This document shows positions 1 through 13,400 of a stretch of 64,000 nucleotides of DNA, piece after piece. The translations under genes and the position numbers were made by a program. Source of the DNA: Eledone cirrhosa (taxonomy: Eukaryota); contig OZ024744.1 in the NCBI GenBank assembly GCA_964016885.1, forward strand, positions 79,484,001 to 79,548,000. Direction: 5' to 3'. Positions within the stretch are counted from its first letter, which is position 1, and every line of letters begins with the position of its first letter. Under the pieces are notes generated by a model. The model worked only from the letters and a program-made list of their open reading frames with translations. It was not told the DNA's origin and searched no databases.

Positions 1-23
1 AAAAACAAAGAAAAGAATCCCCA

Positions 24-66
24 GTCACTGAAGAGGTCACAGAATGTGTGACGAAAGAACTTTGAC
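24..66 (+). ncRNA. Minimal type I hammerhead ribozyme motif (Penelope-like terminus)
   Basis: GTCA-CTGAAGA-G-GTCACA(gaatg)TGTGAC-GAAA-GAAC-TT-TGAC: 4 bp stem I, canonical core, 6 bp stem II, vestigial stem III; (TA)n follows at about 278. Confidence 0.6.
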
Positions 67-272
67 AATATATCAACAACCATCTGGTTGTGGAACCAAC
101 CAACCAACCAACCAGAAATTTATAAATTCCTAAATTTATAAATTTATTATAAATTGAAGTGAAAGCAACTGGTGCGTGTGTTTCTTATTGGCAACATGAC
201 CCTCCCAAAGTATAACAATATCGGTTTCAACACACGTTTTCAGATAAAGAATCTTGCTAAACAAATTCAGAA

Positions 273-323
<51 letters not shown>

Positions 324-633
324 ACCCTTGCAACCAGGGAAAAGTGGACGTAAAATGATGATGATGATGATATATATACGATAGTTATATGACGATGTGA
401 CAGGAGTGAAAAGAAGACCAAGAAAGACTTGTGTAGATGTGGTGAGAGTGGATCTCACAGAAAAAATGACAAAAAGAAAGAACGCTCTTGATTTCGTCAT
501 CATACGAACCCCAGCACTTTTTTTTCAAGTTTGTTACTTATTCTATCGATCGAACAGCTATGTTACGGGATATAAACAAAACACACATGCACGCACGCAC
601 GCACGCACGCACGCACACACACACTTGGGGTAT

Positions 634-792
634 TATTACCAGTACATTACTGGTTCTTTATTTTATCGAGCCCGTAAGGATGAAAAGCAAAGTTTACCTC
701 GGCGGGATTTGAACTTAAAACGTAAAGGACCATAACTCTATGCTGCAAAGCATGTTGTCCGATGCTCTACCGATTTTTCCAATCCACCGCCC
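634..792 (-). mobile_element. tRNA-headed Meta-domain SINE
   Basis: Reverse complement of the family consensus seen at 1501 and 2381. Confidence 0.8.
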
Positions 793-1500
793 TGACAACA
801 AACTTTATATAGTGAGTTACATAAATCTACCCAATAATCTGACTGGTACTTATTTTATAGACCCATAAAAGATGACAGATAAAGTTGAGTATGGTTAGAT
901 TTGAACAGACGTAATTCAGTGCCGCAGTTAACTGTTCGACATTCTACGAGTTCAGTGCCATCCCCTCCCCAACCACCACCTTGTAATAATTATTTCTAAA
1001 ATATGTACATGACAAGACTAATTCAATAGATACGAGTACTTCATTGGTACTTTAGCAATCAACACAATTATTGTGTCCAGCGATCACTTTCCTAATGACA
1101 CAACGATTTTGTGATATGAATATTTATATTTAAATTTTTTCTTTTTTTTTTTCTTTTAGAAAATGAATATTCAGTCTGTTTAGGATAGGATTGGCCAGAA
1201 ATACAAAGAAAGGAAATAACACAATGACATTTTAGCTGGCCAGACTTATTAAGGTATTGTTCTCTAAATATCAATCTCATAGATTTGATATTGTGAGATA
1301 AAGCCTTTACCATGAAAATATAATACTGTAAATAATAGAGTAATGTAAATCTTATGGGGTTAAACCCACCTGAACTGCTCCTGGTTCTATGATCTCAAAC
1401 TGTATAGCTTAAATAAATGGCCGCCATCATTTTATATAAGAACATGGTGAAAGTATTATATGTGACCAGATGGACAAACTGTCATTATAATCCATAATAT

Positions 1501-1690
1501 GGCGGTGAATTGGCAGTATCGGTAGAGGGTTGGACGCCATGCTTTCTAGCATAGTTACGTCCCTTTACAATCTGAGTTCAAATCCCGCCGAGGTTAACTT
1601 TGCCTTTCATCCTTACGGGGTCGATAAAATAAAGTACCAGTAATGTACTGAATAATTGCTGGCCTTGTTGCTAAAGTAGAAACAATTATA
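1501..1690 (+). mobile_element. tRNA-headed Meta-domain SINE (dominant family, more than 20 copies in window)
   Basis: A-box TGGCAGTATCGG, B-box GAGTTCAAATCC, central GCCTTTCATCCTTACGGGGTCGATAAAATAAAGTACCAG, tail AGTAGAAACAATTATT; further copies at about 1800, 11718, 13849, 15362(-), 42824(-), 43604(-), 46223, 56232(-), 57205. Confidence 0.85.
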
Positions 1691-2039
1691 ATCCTGCAAT
1701 ACACTGTAGTTCCTGGTGTTGAAGACACTACTTTTTCCCTAAAATAAGTCTCAAAAATCTACCTTACGTCTTGGAGGCCGAAGGTTGTTTATTATTCCAA
1801 GCTTAACTTTGCCTTTCATCCCTAAGGGGTCGATAAAATAAAGAACCAGTTAGAACCAGTAATTAACTGGGGGTAATTGCTGGCCTTGTGCTAATAGTAG
1901 AAACATTTATTGATATTACCTGTATAGAGATTAGAATATTCAAATGTTTAGTGTTAGATAGACGCATAAAACTACATTAGCACGACATTCTTGAGTCAGA
2001 TAAAACAGAACTACGACCGCACCTCATCATATAAAAAAT

Positions 2040-2365
2040 TAAAATCTTTACTCTAATACTGCAAATTTCCACAATGATTTCTTCACTAGTAAAGATATTA
2101 CAGACATTTGAATAAAAAAAAAACCTTAGAATGTTAAGAGATGATACTGCAAATTTTCTCAATGATCTTTACAGCACTAAAGATACTATACACATTTGAA
2201 TTAACAAACCTGTTTTCAGATATGTTCTGCTAAATAATTACAGGATGTTAAGAGATAATATTAACAATAATCTGTCCAGCAGTATAAACACTAGATACTA
2301 TAAACACTTGAATTAACAAACCTGTTTTTACAGAACGTTAAGAGATAATACTGCAAATTTTCGAG
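2040..2365 (+). repeat. Degenerate tandem repeat of about 85-110 bp, also dispersed
   Basis: Recurring ...AGATACTATA.ACATTTGAATTAACAAACCTGTTTT...GTTAAGAGATAATACTGCAAATTT; related sequence at about 29600-30090 and 57420-57540. Confidence 0.55.
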
Positions 2366-2380
2366 ATGTTAGTAGTCATA

Positions 2381-2578
2381 GGGCGGTGGATTGGCAGTAT
2401 CGATAGAGCGTCGGACGCCATGCTTTGCAGCAAAGAGTTTCGGCCCTTTATGATCTGAGTTCAAATCCCGCCGAGGTTAACTTTGTCTTTCATCCTTATG
2501 GGGGTCGATAAAATAAAGTACCAGTAATACCCTGGATAATTTTGCTGGCCTTGTGCCAAAAGTAGAAACAATTATTTA
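2381..2578 (+). mobile_element. Meta-domain SINE, full length
   Basis: Matches the family consensus end to end. Confidence 0.85.
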
Positions 2579-3222
2579 TTGCTGTTATCTGTATAGAAGT
2601 TTGAATATTCAAATGTTTATTTTGTTTTAAATGCTATATGTAATATATACACACAAACGTACCAACATCTATACACAACCATATATATACATATATACCA
2701 ATGCATCACCGATTTCGTTAATCATATGAACTCCAGCACTTTTAAAACTTTTTTTTAAGACTGATACTAATTTTATCGATCTATTTATTTATTTTTTCGG
2801 ACAGCTACGCTACGGGACATAAACACACACGCACACGCACACGACGGGCACCTACAATTTCTGTTTACCAAATTTCACTAACAATGCATTGGTCAACCTT
2901 AAGACACTTGCCTGCGCCTGTGTGTGTATGTAATTATGTCCTAACATAGCTGTTCGAAAGAGAAAAGAAAAAGATCGATAAAATAAGTTATCAGACTTGG
3001 AAAAAAAAAGGTGGTGGGGTTCATATGATTGACAAAATCAAGGGCGGTGATGTAATTGTGTGTGTTTGTGTTTGTGTATATATATATATATATATATGTA
3101 GAAGTTCTATTTAAATTGTTGGGATACAACAAGCAAATATTTTTGCGACCATTTCTGTAACAGAAATGGTCGCATTCTTTAAGGGTAATGTCAATATTTA
3201 TTTATAAAACTGATCTATATTA

Positions 3223-3287
3223 TATTTTATCAGATGAAAGCACACCATAATTTAACTTGGTGTCCTTGAAATATGTATAATGAAATA
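3223..3287 (+). ncRNA. Type I hammerhead motif, one core substitution
   Basis: TATTTTAT-CAGATGA-AAGCACACCA..TGGTGTCCTT-GAAA-TATGTA-TA-ATGAAATA; same family and flanks as 7404-7464. Confidence 0.65.
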
Positions 3288-3638
3288 AATATGGTTTTAT
3301 AAATATAATTTCCATTTGTTAATATATCGTATATATATATATATATGCGAGTATTTATATGCATTTATTTTGCGGTCTTGTCCGTGGGGCGCATCCTCTT
3401 TACCGCTGCGCCCTAGGCCCAGAGCCCATTCAACCTCCCTCTGCCTCCTCCCCATTCTTCTGTGACACCAGAGTCCTTGCCATTCCCTACCCTTCGCGTT
3501 TTTTTTCTTTTTCTATTTTTTTCTTTATATTTTCCTATTTTACATTCCATTCTTCTCAATCTAAATTTTCTTGCTTTATTTTGCTATTAAACTCTATTTA
3601 CATGATATATCCCAGATCATATTTGCTTCACGAGAGAA

Positions 3639-4100
3639 GGCGCGTGGCTGAGTGGTTAGAGATTTGGATTCACAATCCTGAGGTTCTGTGTTCTGACACT
3701 TTATTTCACGTAACTCCTTCTGCCTGGATTTGCGACCGGTAGATAGTATTAGCAATTGGAAAGACCAATGGAAACATTGTTTTCTCGGTCCGATTTGACG
3801 AGCTCCGCCCCACTCGTTTAGTGAATGATGTCTGGGATCTTGATGTGTATATATATGTATATGTGTCCATCTATATGTATATGTATGTATATGTGGCCGA
3901 CTGGTTACAGAATGTGATTCGTAATCGTGAGGTTGTGATTTCGATTCCTGGACCGGGTGATGCGTTATGTCCTTGAGCAAGACACTTTATTTTACGTTGT
4001 TCCTTCTACCTGGAGTTGCGACCGATAGATAGTATTAGCAATTGGAAAGATCAACGGAAACATTATTTCCTCGGTCCGATTTGACGAAGGTCGATCGACT
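3639..4100 (+). mobile_element. Two tandem tRNA/CORE-type SINE copies with shared tail
   Basis: tRNA-like heads at about 3640 and 3893, CCTTGAGCAAGACACTTTATTT core, shared GCGACCG.TAGATAGTATTAGCAATTGGAAAGA tail. Confidence 0.6.
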
Positions 4101-4159
4101 GTCGGAATATATATATACTCACACACACACACATACACACACATATATAAATATATATG

Positions 4160-5830
4160 TAGGAGGTGAGTTTTATTGTAGTACAATAAAGCAATGCAGA
4201 TATCGGATAAGTAGCACTCTACAGTTTGTAGGACTGGAGTATAAATAATATATAAGATCAATATGACAGACAAAAATATTAACTATAACATCTCTTGGAG
4301 GAAGGTTTGTTTTGCCTCTCCATACTTGAATGCCTCTCTATCCAAGACATGTAATCTCTGTTTATGTGAAAAATTTACCATTATATCTAATTTAGATTCT
4401 ATAATAAATAGACGCACTGACTTGTTTTCTCTCTGCTTGCATAAATTCCACAGAACATTCCATAAAGTATACAGCTAATATCTAATACTTTACCAATTTA
4501 AAATCCTTTTTCTCAAAGGCACACATATATATATATATATTTCTTTAAAAATATACCCATCTTTCTACCTTATTTCAATGTTATTTATTATACATTATAT
4601 AATACTAGTTACCCATTCTATATCATTCCTATTTATCACTTCCCTTTCTTCCTTTTTTCTTTTAATTTCTAACCTCTAATCTGTACCTTTTCTTCCTAGA
4701 TACTTCTCAATTCTCTTATTACTCACCACAATATATCCACTCTTCCTTCTTCCATCCTATCACTGGCCATAAAACTTATTATTACCCTTTTAAATACTTT
4801 ATAGTATCACCTTGAAAAATTCTTCGGAAACATAAACATTTTTTTTTTACGTTAGATTATTCATCCTCAATTCATTATTTTTTTCTCCCTTTCATGCTCG
4901 TCTAACTTCTACATATTACACATCACAATACATAAAAACAAACTTAAACCCTAACCAATCTCCTTTATTACATTATATTATTACCATTAGGAAATACTTC
5001 ATAAACATACATATTTTGATGTTAAGGTCTTCTCCTTAAACACTATCTCCTTCTTTGCTTTCTGCGCTCATTTGTAAACAAACTATTTATATATTACACA
5101 TACATATTACTTTACATAAAAACATACTTAAACACTAACTAATTCCTCTAAATTCATAATTCATCCACTCTTCTACTTCTTTTCACATTATATCCTTAAT
5201 AACATTACTATTTTTATTTTTAATAATACATATCAACAATTTCTTTCCATCGCACATATTATTAAACCCTTCAATATTCAAACCTTAACTTAATATTATT
5301 TTTAATACATATTAACAATTTCTTTTCATCGCACATATTATTAAACCCTTCAATATACAAACCTTAATTTAACATTATTCTTAAATTTTTCTCTTCGTTA
5401 ATTTTCAAATTCTTTTAATTTATATATTATCTTCCAACGGTTTTTTAACCTCTCTCTGAAAAATAATATATTTTTCTCAGTTATAAAAGCTATCTCTCTC
5501 TCTATCACCCATCTCTCCTCCTATCTCATCCTTCCTTATTATACTCCTCCCCCTCCATTCTTTACTTTCATCTCCTCCTCTTTTTCATCCTTTCCACCCC
5601 CCTCCCCTCCTCAATTTTTTCCCAATATCACATATCAATCTAAAACTACTTTTCATATGTTGATTTAAAACTGCACTATTCACAAGTGTTTTTTAACCTT
5701 CATATCATGTCTCCCTATTTTATCTGATGTAAACTCAAATGTCATCGCATGATGATATTTGTTTTTGAAATGCGCATAATAAAATACATGGAACTCTTTT
5801 AACCATCTTTTGATCTTATATATTATATAA
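4160..5830 (+). mobile_element. Decayed Penelope-like element (Naiad-type), 3' part
   Basis: ORF 4263-4478 reads W..V..ASPY..CNLCLCEK..II..INRR..LFS.CLH, homologous to the GIY-YIG C-terminus at 16831-17000; followed by about 1.2 kb pyrimidine-rich 3' region, hammerhead, AATAAA, (TA)n. Confidence 0.7.
5716..5786 (+). ncRNA. Type I hammerhead motif at 3' end of Penelope-like element
   Basis: TATTTTAT-CTGATGT-(CAAATGTCATC/GATGATATTTG 11 bp stem II)-GAAA-TGCGCA palindrome-TA-ATAAAATA; perfect 8 bp stem I, A9 changed to T. Confidence 0.7.
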
Positions 5831-5884
5831 ATATATATATATATAGTGTAGTTATCGAGGCTATAGGACATGTATAAACAAACA

Positions 5885-6925
5885 TCATCAGCGTCATCGT
5901 CACACGAACATTTTCCATGCTGACCTATGTTGGACAGGTTGCTCCTTGACTGGACAGCTTAGATGATTACGTTTTCCTCATTTTCCTTTTTCATGTTTTC
6001 TTCGGTTCAGTGTCCTACCCAATGCCAACCACTTTACAACGTCTACTGGGTGCATTTTATCGTGACGGGTTGGATGCATTTTATCATGGCACCAGCATTA
6101 CCACTTTACAGAAGGCGCTGGGTGCGTTCCTGTGTGATATTAACGCTAGGGTGATCGAGTGTCTTCAATTGTGATAGGGAGGAGTAGAGATGAGTGCAAG
6201 ACAGAAGTGACAGTCTTCAATCGAAAGTGTGGTGGGGAGCGTTAGAGTTTGGAGCATTGCAGAAATGGGAGTTGCCTGTTGCTTGCCGAGAAGAGCCACC
6301 ATTCCTTGAAGATTGAGGAGAAAAAGAGAGCAGGTGTCATGTTGTGAAGGTGGTCTTCAAAAAACAAGGTGATTGGCAGCTCAGAGTAGGGTGTAGAAGA
6401 GGGGGGTATGTATGTGTGTGTGTGTGTGTGTGTGAGGAGGGTGAAGTAGATTCATAAAATTAGTGGCTACATACAGGGCCAAGATATTATTCTTTATATA
6501 TGAGCAGCATCGTATTTAGATTGCAAGAATGTAGGAGGGGTAAGACCAGTAGGGGGTATGGGTTTAAGAGGGAGAGAGAAGGCAGGAAAATTGAAATGTT
6601 TATATAACTCAGCCTGGCATGCCTCGTATTGCTCATATGGGAAGGCGGGTGTTTCGTAGCACGGCAAATCGCCGACCGAAACGATCTTTTGTCAACTCCT
6701 CCGTGAGATTAGCCTTCACCACGCCATTCCATGTTTTCCTTGGGTCTTTTTCTTCCACGGCTTCCCCTCTATCATGAGTACACTGCACTTCTTTATGTAA
6801 TTATTGTCTGTCCTCCATACACGTAACATGTCCATACCATCGCAGTCCTCTCTCTTGTACACTGCATCTGATCCCTCTTATGTCCAGTTTTTTGTTTTCT
6901 CAGTACATTAATGCGTCGTCGTTCA
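5885..6925 (-). mobile_element. RTE-clade LINE 3' fragment with long 3' UTR
   Basis: Degenerate ORF2 C-terminus at about 6720-6925 similar to 23030-23330; CATGGAAAATG..GATGATG tail at about 5885-5920. Confidence 0.6.
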
Positions 6926-6929
6926 TGTG

Positions 6930-6970
<41 letters not shown>

Positions 6971-7020
6971 TTATACACCTATCAGAGCAAGCTTGCCTAA
7001 TTTCTTTCCAATCTTATAAA

Positions 7021-7314
7021 TGCATATATATGCATACATACACATATATATATGTGTATGCATGTATATGTATGCATACATGTGAGTATGTATGTATATG
7101 TATGCATACATGTGTATATGTATGTATGCATACATGTGTATATGTATGTATTCATATACATATATGTGTATATGTATGTATTCATATATATATATGTGTA
7201 TATGTATGTATTCATATATATATATATGTGTATATGTATGTATTCATATATATATATATGTGTATGTATGTGTGCATATTATATATATGTATGTATGCAC
7301 ACGTATATATAAGC

Positions 7315-7357
<43 letters not shown>

Positions 7358-7360
7358 CAC
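7021..7360. repeat. (TA)/(TATG) compound microsatellite
   Basis: Direct reading; source of several spurious ORFs. Confidence 0.95.
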
Positions 7361-7403
7361 AATGATATTAAATAAATGGAAACTATATTTATAAAACCAT
7401 ATT

Positions 7404-7464
7404 TATTCTATTATATATATTTCAAGGGTACCAAAACTTTGGTATGCTTTCATCAGATAAAATA
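7404..7464 (-). ncRNA. Type I hammerhead with canonical core
   Basis: Minus strand TATTTTAT-CTGATGA-AAGCATACCAA(agtt)TTGGTACCCTT-GAAA-TATATA-TA-ATAGAATA, then AATAAA. Confidence 0.75.
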
Positions 7465-7815
7465 CAAAGTTGTTTTATAAATTTTGACATAACCAAGGAA
7501 AAATACCTTAACGGTTCAAGTTTTCCTTGGATAGTGAAGGGATAAGAGAGGAAAAGTCAGATATTTCAAATTAAGATGAGTATGCAAATATGGTTGAGGT
7601 ATAGGGCGAAAAAAAACACGTTATTTTAGACGCTATGCAGAATTTAAATAATTAGGATATATGTATGTATACGTAGGAAGAAGAAAAAAGAAAGAAGAGC
7701 TTGTATTTACGTTAATTTAAAAGGAATTAACAATTTTGGGGAAATGGTTGAATATGATTCCAGAATTTAAATTTATTTAGCTATATTATGAGTTATAATA
7801 TTGTATATATAATCA

Positions 7816-8622
7816 TACGGTTCATCTTGAAGCCTACTGCAGAGCTTTGATGTCGAGCTCCGTCAGCATGGTCTGAAGCTGATCCGTGGTTTCAGCGATG
7901 AGTACGATGTCATCAGCGAAACGGAGGTGGGTAAGTATCTCGCCGTTGATGTTGACACGGCCTTGCGAAGTTCATGCGGTCCGACAACGTACCAACATGT
8001 CAAATGGTGGTTGGCGGTGATGTAATAGAGGAGGTGGAGGAATACGTCTACCTAGGACAAGAAGTGAACATGCGCCGAGACATTAAGAGGGAGATCTGTA
8101 AGGGCCGGATGGAAGGCGTTCAACGGCATAAGGGATGTGCTCAAGGGGAGGTTGGACAAGACCACCCGCGTCAACCTCTTCAATAGCACAGTTTTACCTG
8201 CAATGTTATATGGCAGTGAAACTTGGGCTACAACGAAGAGAGAAGAGCAGAGGTTGGTAACGGCTCAAAGAGCCATGGAGAGATCAATGCTAGGAATCTC
8301 GTTGAGAGAGCACATCAGGAGCGAAGTCATCAGACAGAAGTCCGGCGTGAGGGATGTCATCACGGAATATATGCGCAGCAAGTTCAGATGGACTGGACAC
8401 GACGCCCGGTTCACCGATAATCGGTGGACCCGCGCAGTTGCCGAGTGGTACCCGCACGAGCGGAAACGACCACTCGGAAGGCCTCCACGAAGGTGGAGTT
8501 ACGATTTTAGGAATATGATTAGGACTACATGGGTGAGGAAAGCACGGCCCAGAGAGGAATGGACGACGTGCTGTGACCAGCGGCGCCGAATGGACGCTCG
8601 ACAGACTGGTCGGTCAAGGTGA
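7816..8622 (+). mobile_element. RTE LINE, 5'-truncated and 5'-inverted, with TSD
   Basis: Plus strand 7966-8622: YVYLGQ..MLYGSETW..RPLGRPPRRW; minus strand 7816-7965: INGEILTHLRFADDIVLIA; TSD TATATAATCA at 7806-7815 and 8623-8632. Confidence 0.9.
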
Positions 8623-9180
8623 TATATAATCAATTAGATTATATGAAAAATTATGGTTGTAAGAATATTTTATCTTATTACATTACAATAGGTAATAAGT
8701 ATATAAATATCTATATATATTAATAATTGTGCATGTATAAGTATTATAGAAATAGAAATAATTTACAATTATTAGTTGTTTATATTTCTATTATGAGTTA
8801 CGAAGGAAGTTGATTTTGCATTTGACATAAAAAACAGGTGATTCAAGTTGTAAGAGAAGAATTTGTAGATTCGAATATTTTGTTCCAACATTGAAAATGT
8901 TTTCAGAATATTGTTAATTTAGCGAAGTTATATAGTTTATCGTACATATAATATTTATGTTTGCACAATTGAAAAGGGAAAGATAACTCCAATCTTGTTT
9001 GTTAACCGTTAAATTTGATGAATGGTTTACTCAGAAAATATATAGAGAAAATTATATATTATTTTGTGTGAGATTAATTATTTTAGTCGAAAGATGTGTA
9101 AAAGTTTGAAGATCAAATGTTTGTATGCAGATTCACAAATAAACATCAGATTTTCATGGTTGATCAGTTTAACAGATGTA

Positions 9181-9930
9181 TTAGCAGTAACGGTAGAGCG
9201 TCAAACACCATGCTTAGCAGCATAGTTATGACCCTTTACATTCTGAATTCAAATCTCGCTGAGGTAAACTTTGCTTTCATCCTTACGGGGGTCGATAAAA
9301 TAAAGCACCAGTAATGCACTGGAGAAATTGCTGGCCTTATGCCAAAAAGTAGAAACAATTATTGCCCTTCTTTGTTGTCATTTCCCGCTATTAAACATTT
9401 TATATTGTTATTGTCTCCTTGTTGAAAAAGGTGGTGGATTGGCAGTATCGATAGCATCGGACCTAACCTTAACCCAAATCCCGCCGAGGTTAGCTTTGCC
9501 TTTTATTCTTACGGGGTCGATAAAATAAAGTACCAGTAATGTACTGGTGTAATTGCTGGCCTTGTGCCAATAGTAGAAACAATTATTATTGTTGGCATTG
9601 CATTGGCAGGATAATTAGAGCATCGGACAAAATGCTTTGAGGTATTTAGTTACGGTGCTTTACGTTCTGAGTTCAAATCATGCTGTGGTCAATTTTGCCT
9701 TTCATCATTTCCGAGGTCATTAAAATTAAGTACCAGTCGATTACTAATGACGATATACTGATTTTTTTCCCGTCCTCCAAATTGTTGGCTTTGAGCCTAA
9801 ATCAGAAACCATTATTATTCGAGGTCAACTTTGCCTTTCATCCTTACGGGGTCGATAAAATAAAGTACCAGTAATACACTGGATAATTGCTGGCCTTGTG
9901 CCTAAAGTAGAAACAATTATTATTATTATT
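9181..9930 (+). mobile_element. Cluster of four head-to-tail Meta-domain SINE copies
   Basis: Copies at about 9181, 9429, 9600 (diverged) and 9820. Confidence 0.8.
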
Positions 9931-10179
9931 AATCACCACTACGACCTCCACAGCCACTACCGCCATCATCATCATTATTGCTGCTGTATATTCATTTAAT
10001 GTGTAGATAAGTGATTTATGTTGATGCTGGTGAGTATTTGTAGCGTGGAGATATGCGATAGTAAAATATTCACTATAAGCCATTTATTTATTTATTGCAA
10101 TTGCTTCCGTACAGAAGGCATCAAATAACGGCATTTTTCTCTCCACCGTCCACCCTCGCTTCAACCATTATGAGGAATT

Positions 10180-10470
10180 GACTTCCGTCGGTTTCGACGA
10201 CGAGTGTTGCAGTTTTTTTAACAACGGAACAGCCTGTTCTGGGAAATTAGTGTACCAGTTAGTGGCTGAGCATTCCACAAACACGTGTACCTTTAACACA
10301 ATTTTCGGGGACATTCAACACGACACTGTCTGACAAAGGCTGGTTCTTTGAATTACAAGAACTTATTTTTTTTTTTTTGACAATTGAGTGAACAAGGAAA
10401 TAACGCGTCACCAGGAATCGAACTTACGGGTGCGAGACGAACAATCTAACCACTAAACCATACGCTTTCG
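10180..10470 (-). mobile_element. Second SINE family (tRNA head plus conserved body)
   Basis: AACGGAACAGCCTG..AGTGGCTGAGCATTCCACAAACACGTGTACC; related copies at about 12900-13070(-), 16045-16180(+), 60600-60905(-). Confidence 0.65.
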
Positions 10471-13400
10471 ATTATGTATTTAATACCCGACACTTATTCA
10501 TACCCTTCTCCTTTCCTCCATATTTCTCTGTTACTCGTTTTTACATATACGCTATAATATACACAAATGCTTATATATTTATATCATAACAAATATATCG
10601 TGTTTATTAGCCTCTTTGCGTATCGCTTGACTTGCTAGAAATAGCAGCCACGTGTTACACATACCCTCCACTCCCACCTAAATCACACCTTACTGTCTTA
10701 ATTAAAACATTCAGCGACTCTTTGTATATTGTTGTTCTGTATAGACACATTGTGTCAAAATATAAGATAGGATGGTCACGGCTGGAACATCTTCTTTTGA
10801 TCATATTGTTTGCTGAATCAAGACTTAACCTGTGGCTTAACAACAGCATACAGTGCGTGCATTGATGAATGTACACACAGAAGTATATATATAATATATT
10901 TTTTTACACACACACACACACACGCACATATTGAATGTGTATCAATGTGCGTGTGTGGCAAATACATTATAGTAACTGTTTGTTGTTCCAGATTATTTGC
11001 AGATTAGTAGGTTTTAGCTATAATTTAGATGATGCACTGTGAATTCTATATATATAAAAAATAGAGGAAAGCAGGACTAAGAGTTGTGGGGAGTTTTTGC
11101 GGCGGTGGGGGTGGGGGCTTTTTTTTTTTTATAGATATAACGTTCGTTTAATTGTCCGGTTCGTCTATGAAACGAAATAATAATTTTAATTGAAATATCA
11201 TTTTCTTGAGAAGGAAAGAGATCTACGAGACAGGTTCTCACGTCAGTTCCCATACATACATAATGGATTTAGGTCAATCTCTTGTTTTATTTTAAGTATT
11301 TGTTTACTCTTGTTTTTTTTTTCCTTCCTTCACAGACATACAAAGGAAAAAAATGACCCAGTTATTTCTTCTTCTCCATTTCTTACACCACTTGAAATAA
11401 TAATTGAAAACACCTTACCGATTTCATTTCACATTTTCTCAGTTATTATTATTGGTATTTTTATTTCTTCTGACTGTTTCTTTAAGCTTAGGTACACAGT
11501 ATATATTTTTCATTCTTCCTTTCTTTCTCGGCCCCCTTTTTTTTTTACTGTTTATTTAAGTTATACATTAGTTTTTCTGTTATTTTATTTTTATTTTATA
11601 TGCTTCAGCAGTACAGACTTGGATTTTATTTATTTATTTATTTATTTATTTATGGGAGAATATTAAGCGTAAATTTAAATTAATTACAGGTGCGTCTGCG
11701 ATATGAATATTATCAGAGTGGTGGATTGGCAGTATTGGTAGGGGGTCCGACGGCATGCTTTGCAGCATAGTTACGCCACTTTACAGTCTGAGTTCGAATC
11801 CCGCCGAGGTTAACTTTGCCTTTCATCCTTACGTAGTCGATAAAATAATGCACTGGGATAATTGCTGGCCTTGTGCCAAAAGTAGAAACAATTATTAGGA
11901 AAGCAATGGGTATACTGTTATACCCACACACGCGCGTTACATAACTAATAAGTCAGTCACCAAGGGTGAAAAAACAATCGATTTCTCTAATATTGGCGGT
12001 GTAAATCACCAATTTTAAGGATGGTTAACAATGGAATGAAATTGACTCACTTCCTGACTGTTATTTTATTTTATTTTATTCTATTTAGTGAGAGAATTAG
12101 CAATTACCAAAGAAAACATTGAGGTGTGTTTAGTATGTCATTAAAATGTGGGACGCACACATTTAGAATTTCGAATTTTACCAATGCTTTCTAAATCAAT
12201 CGCTTTGTTTACACTTCTAACCACAGGCTTAAATTCTTCTTCTAAGAAAAAAAGACGGAATTAGTAGTAGTGGTTAGTGCTTTAACCATTCTGCTAAAAA
12301 GCCGCTGGAGATGTGAGGTTCGATTCCTCGCAGGTGTTGTGACAACTTTCTTTCGTGTCCAGGAGTACTTTATCCGATTTTCTCAGATATTATTTATTAT
12401 AATCTACTATTGTTATGGTCACTTGCGTTGGGACGCATACATTTCATATAATAATAATAATAATAATAATAATTTAAAAAAAAGTTTTTACATTTCTTCG
12501 ATGAAGAGTCCAGCCATAGACAGTATTATACAACACACTAAAGATATTTGAATTTCAGCCTTTTTACTGCTGGATCAAGACTAATATGTGGCTGAAAAGT
12601 AACACTATTTAAATAATGCATGCATTGCATAACAGTTCCCTCTGTTTACAGTGTTACTGATGAACAGGCTCGTGCAAAAGCTGGTAATAAGCCCAGGCCA
12701 GATGTAAAATAAAATGTAAGTTCCCAAAGCTGGTTATAGGCCATGGCCAGTTACGAAATGTAGCCCTTTCCGACCCCGAAATCTAGTAATAAAGGTCAAG
12801 GCCAGATGTGAAATGTATGCTCTATTTCAAACTGTTTAAGTATTTCAGCAATTCAGTGCTAAATACATGTATGGGCTAAGGTAAGTGTAAACCAATGGAT
12901 CTCCGTCGGTTTTGACGAGTGTTTCCATAGGTTGATCATACACACTGCTCGTGAAATTAACATGTAAGTGGCTGAGCATTTTACTGACACGTGTATTTTT
13001 AATGTGATTATCTGGGAGATTCATTATGTGAATCAAAGCTGGTCCTTTGAATATCAGGTATAATCCATTCAAAAGGGCCGAAGAGGCTTCCACGCAGTTT
13101 CCGTCTACTCATTTTTTCTCACAAGACAAGACATGTCGAACCTAGGCTATGGGTTATTAGACACTTAACAAAGATACCATACCACAGTTGGTTCGAACCT
13201 GGGACTATTAATGATTATTAAGTGATTGATCGTCTTAACCATTCGGACGTGTTGTGTACATAATCGCATAGGTAACAGAACAAAATAAAAATGATTAATG
13301 ACTACAATCATAGGTCCATACCAACTGGTACACCTGTACGCTTACCCCCCACACGACCTTACCCCGCCCCACTTACTGGTCTGCTGACGAAAGCAATCCA

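Larger units (their letters stand above)
7360..9175 (-). mobile_element. Highly decayed Penelope-like element interrupted by RTE insertion
   Basis: Terminal hammerhead at 7404-7464; frameshifted remnant ..LELSFPFQLCKHK near 8950-9000 resembles the Naiad N.R.E....CxH end. Confidence 0.45.

Noticed and set aside
12288-12355. tRNA gene
   Set aside because: A/B-box-like motifs only, no cloverleaf; likely a SINE head
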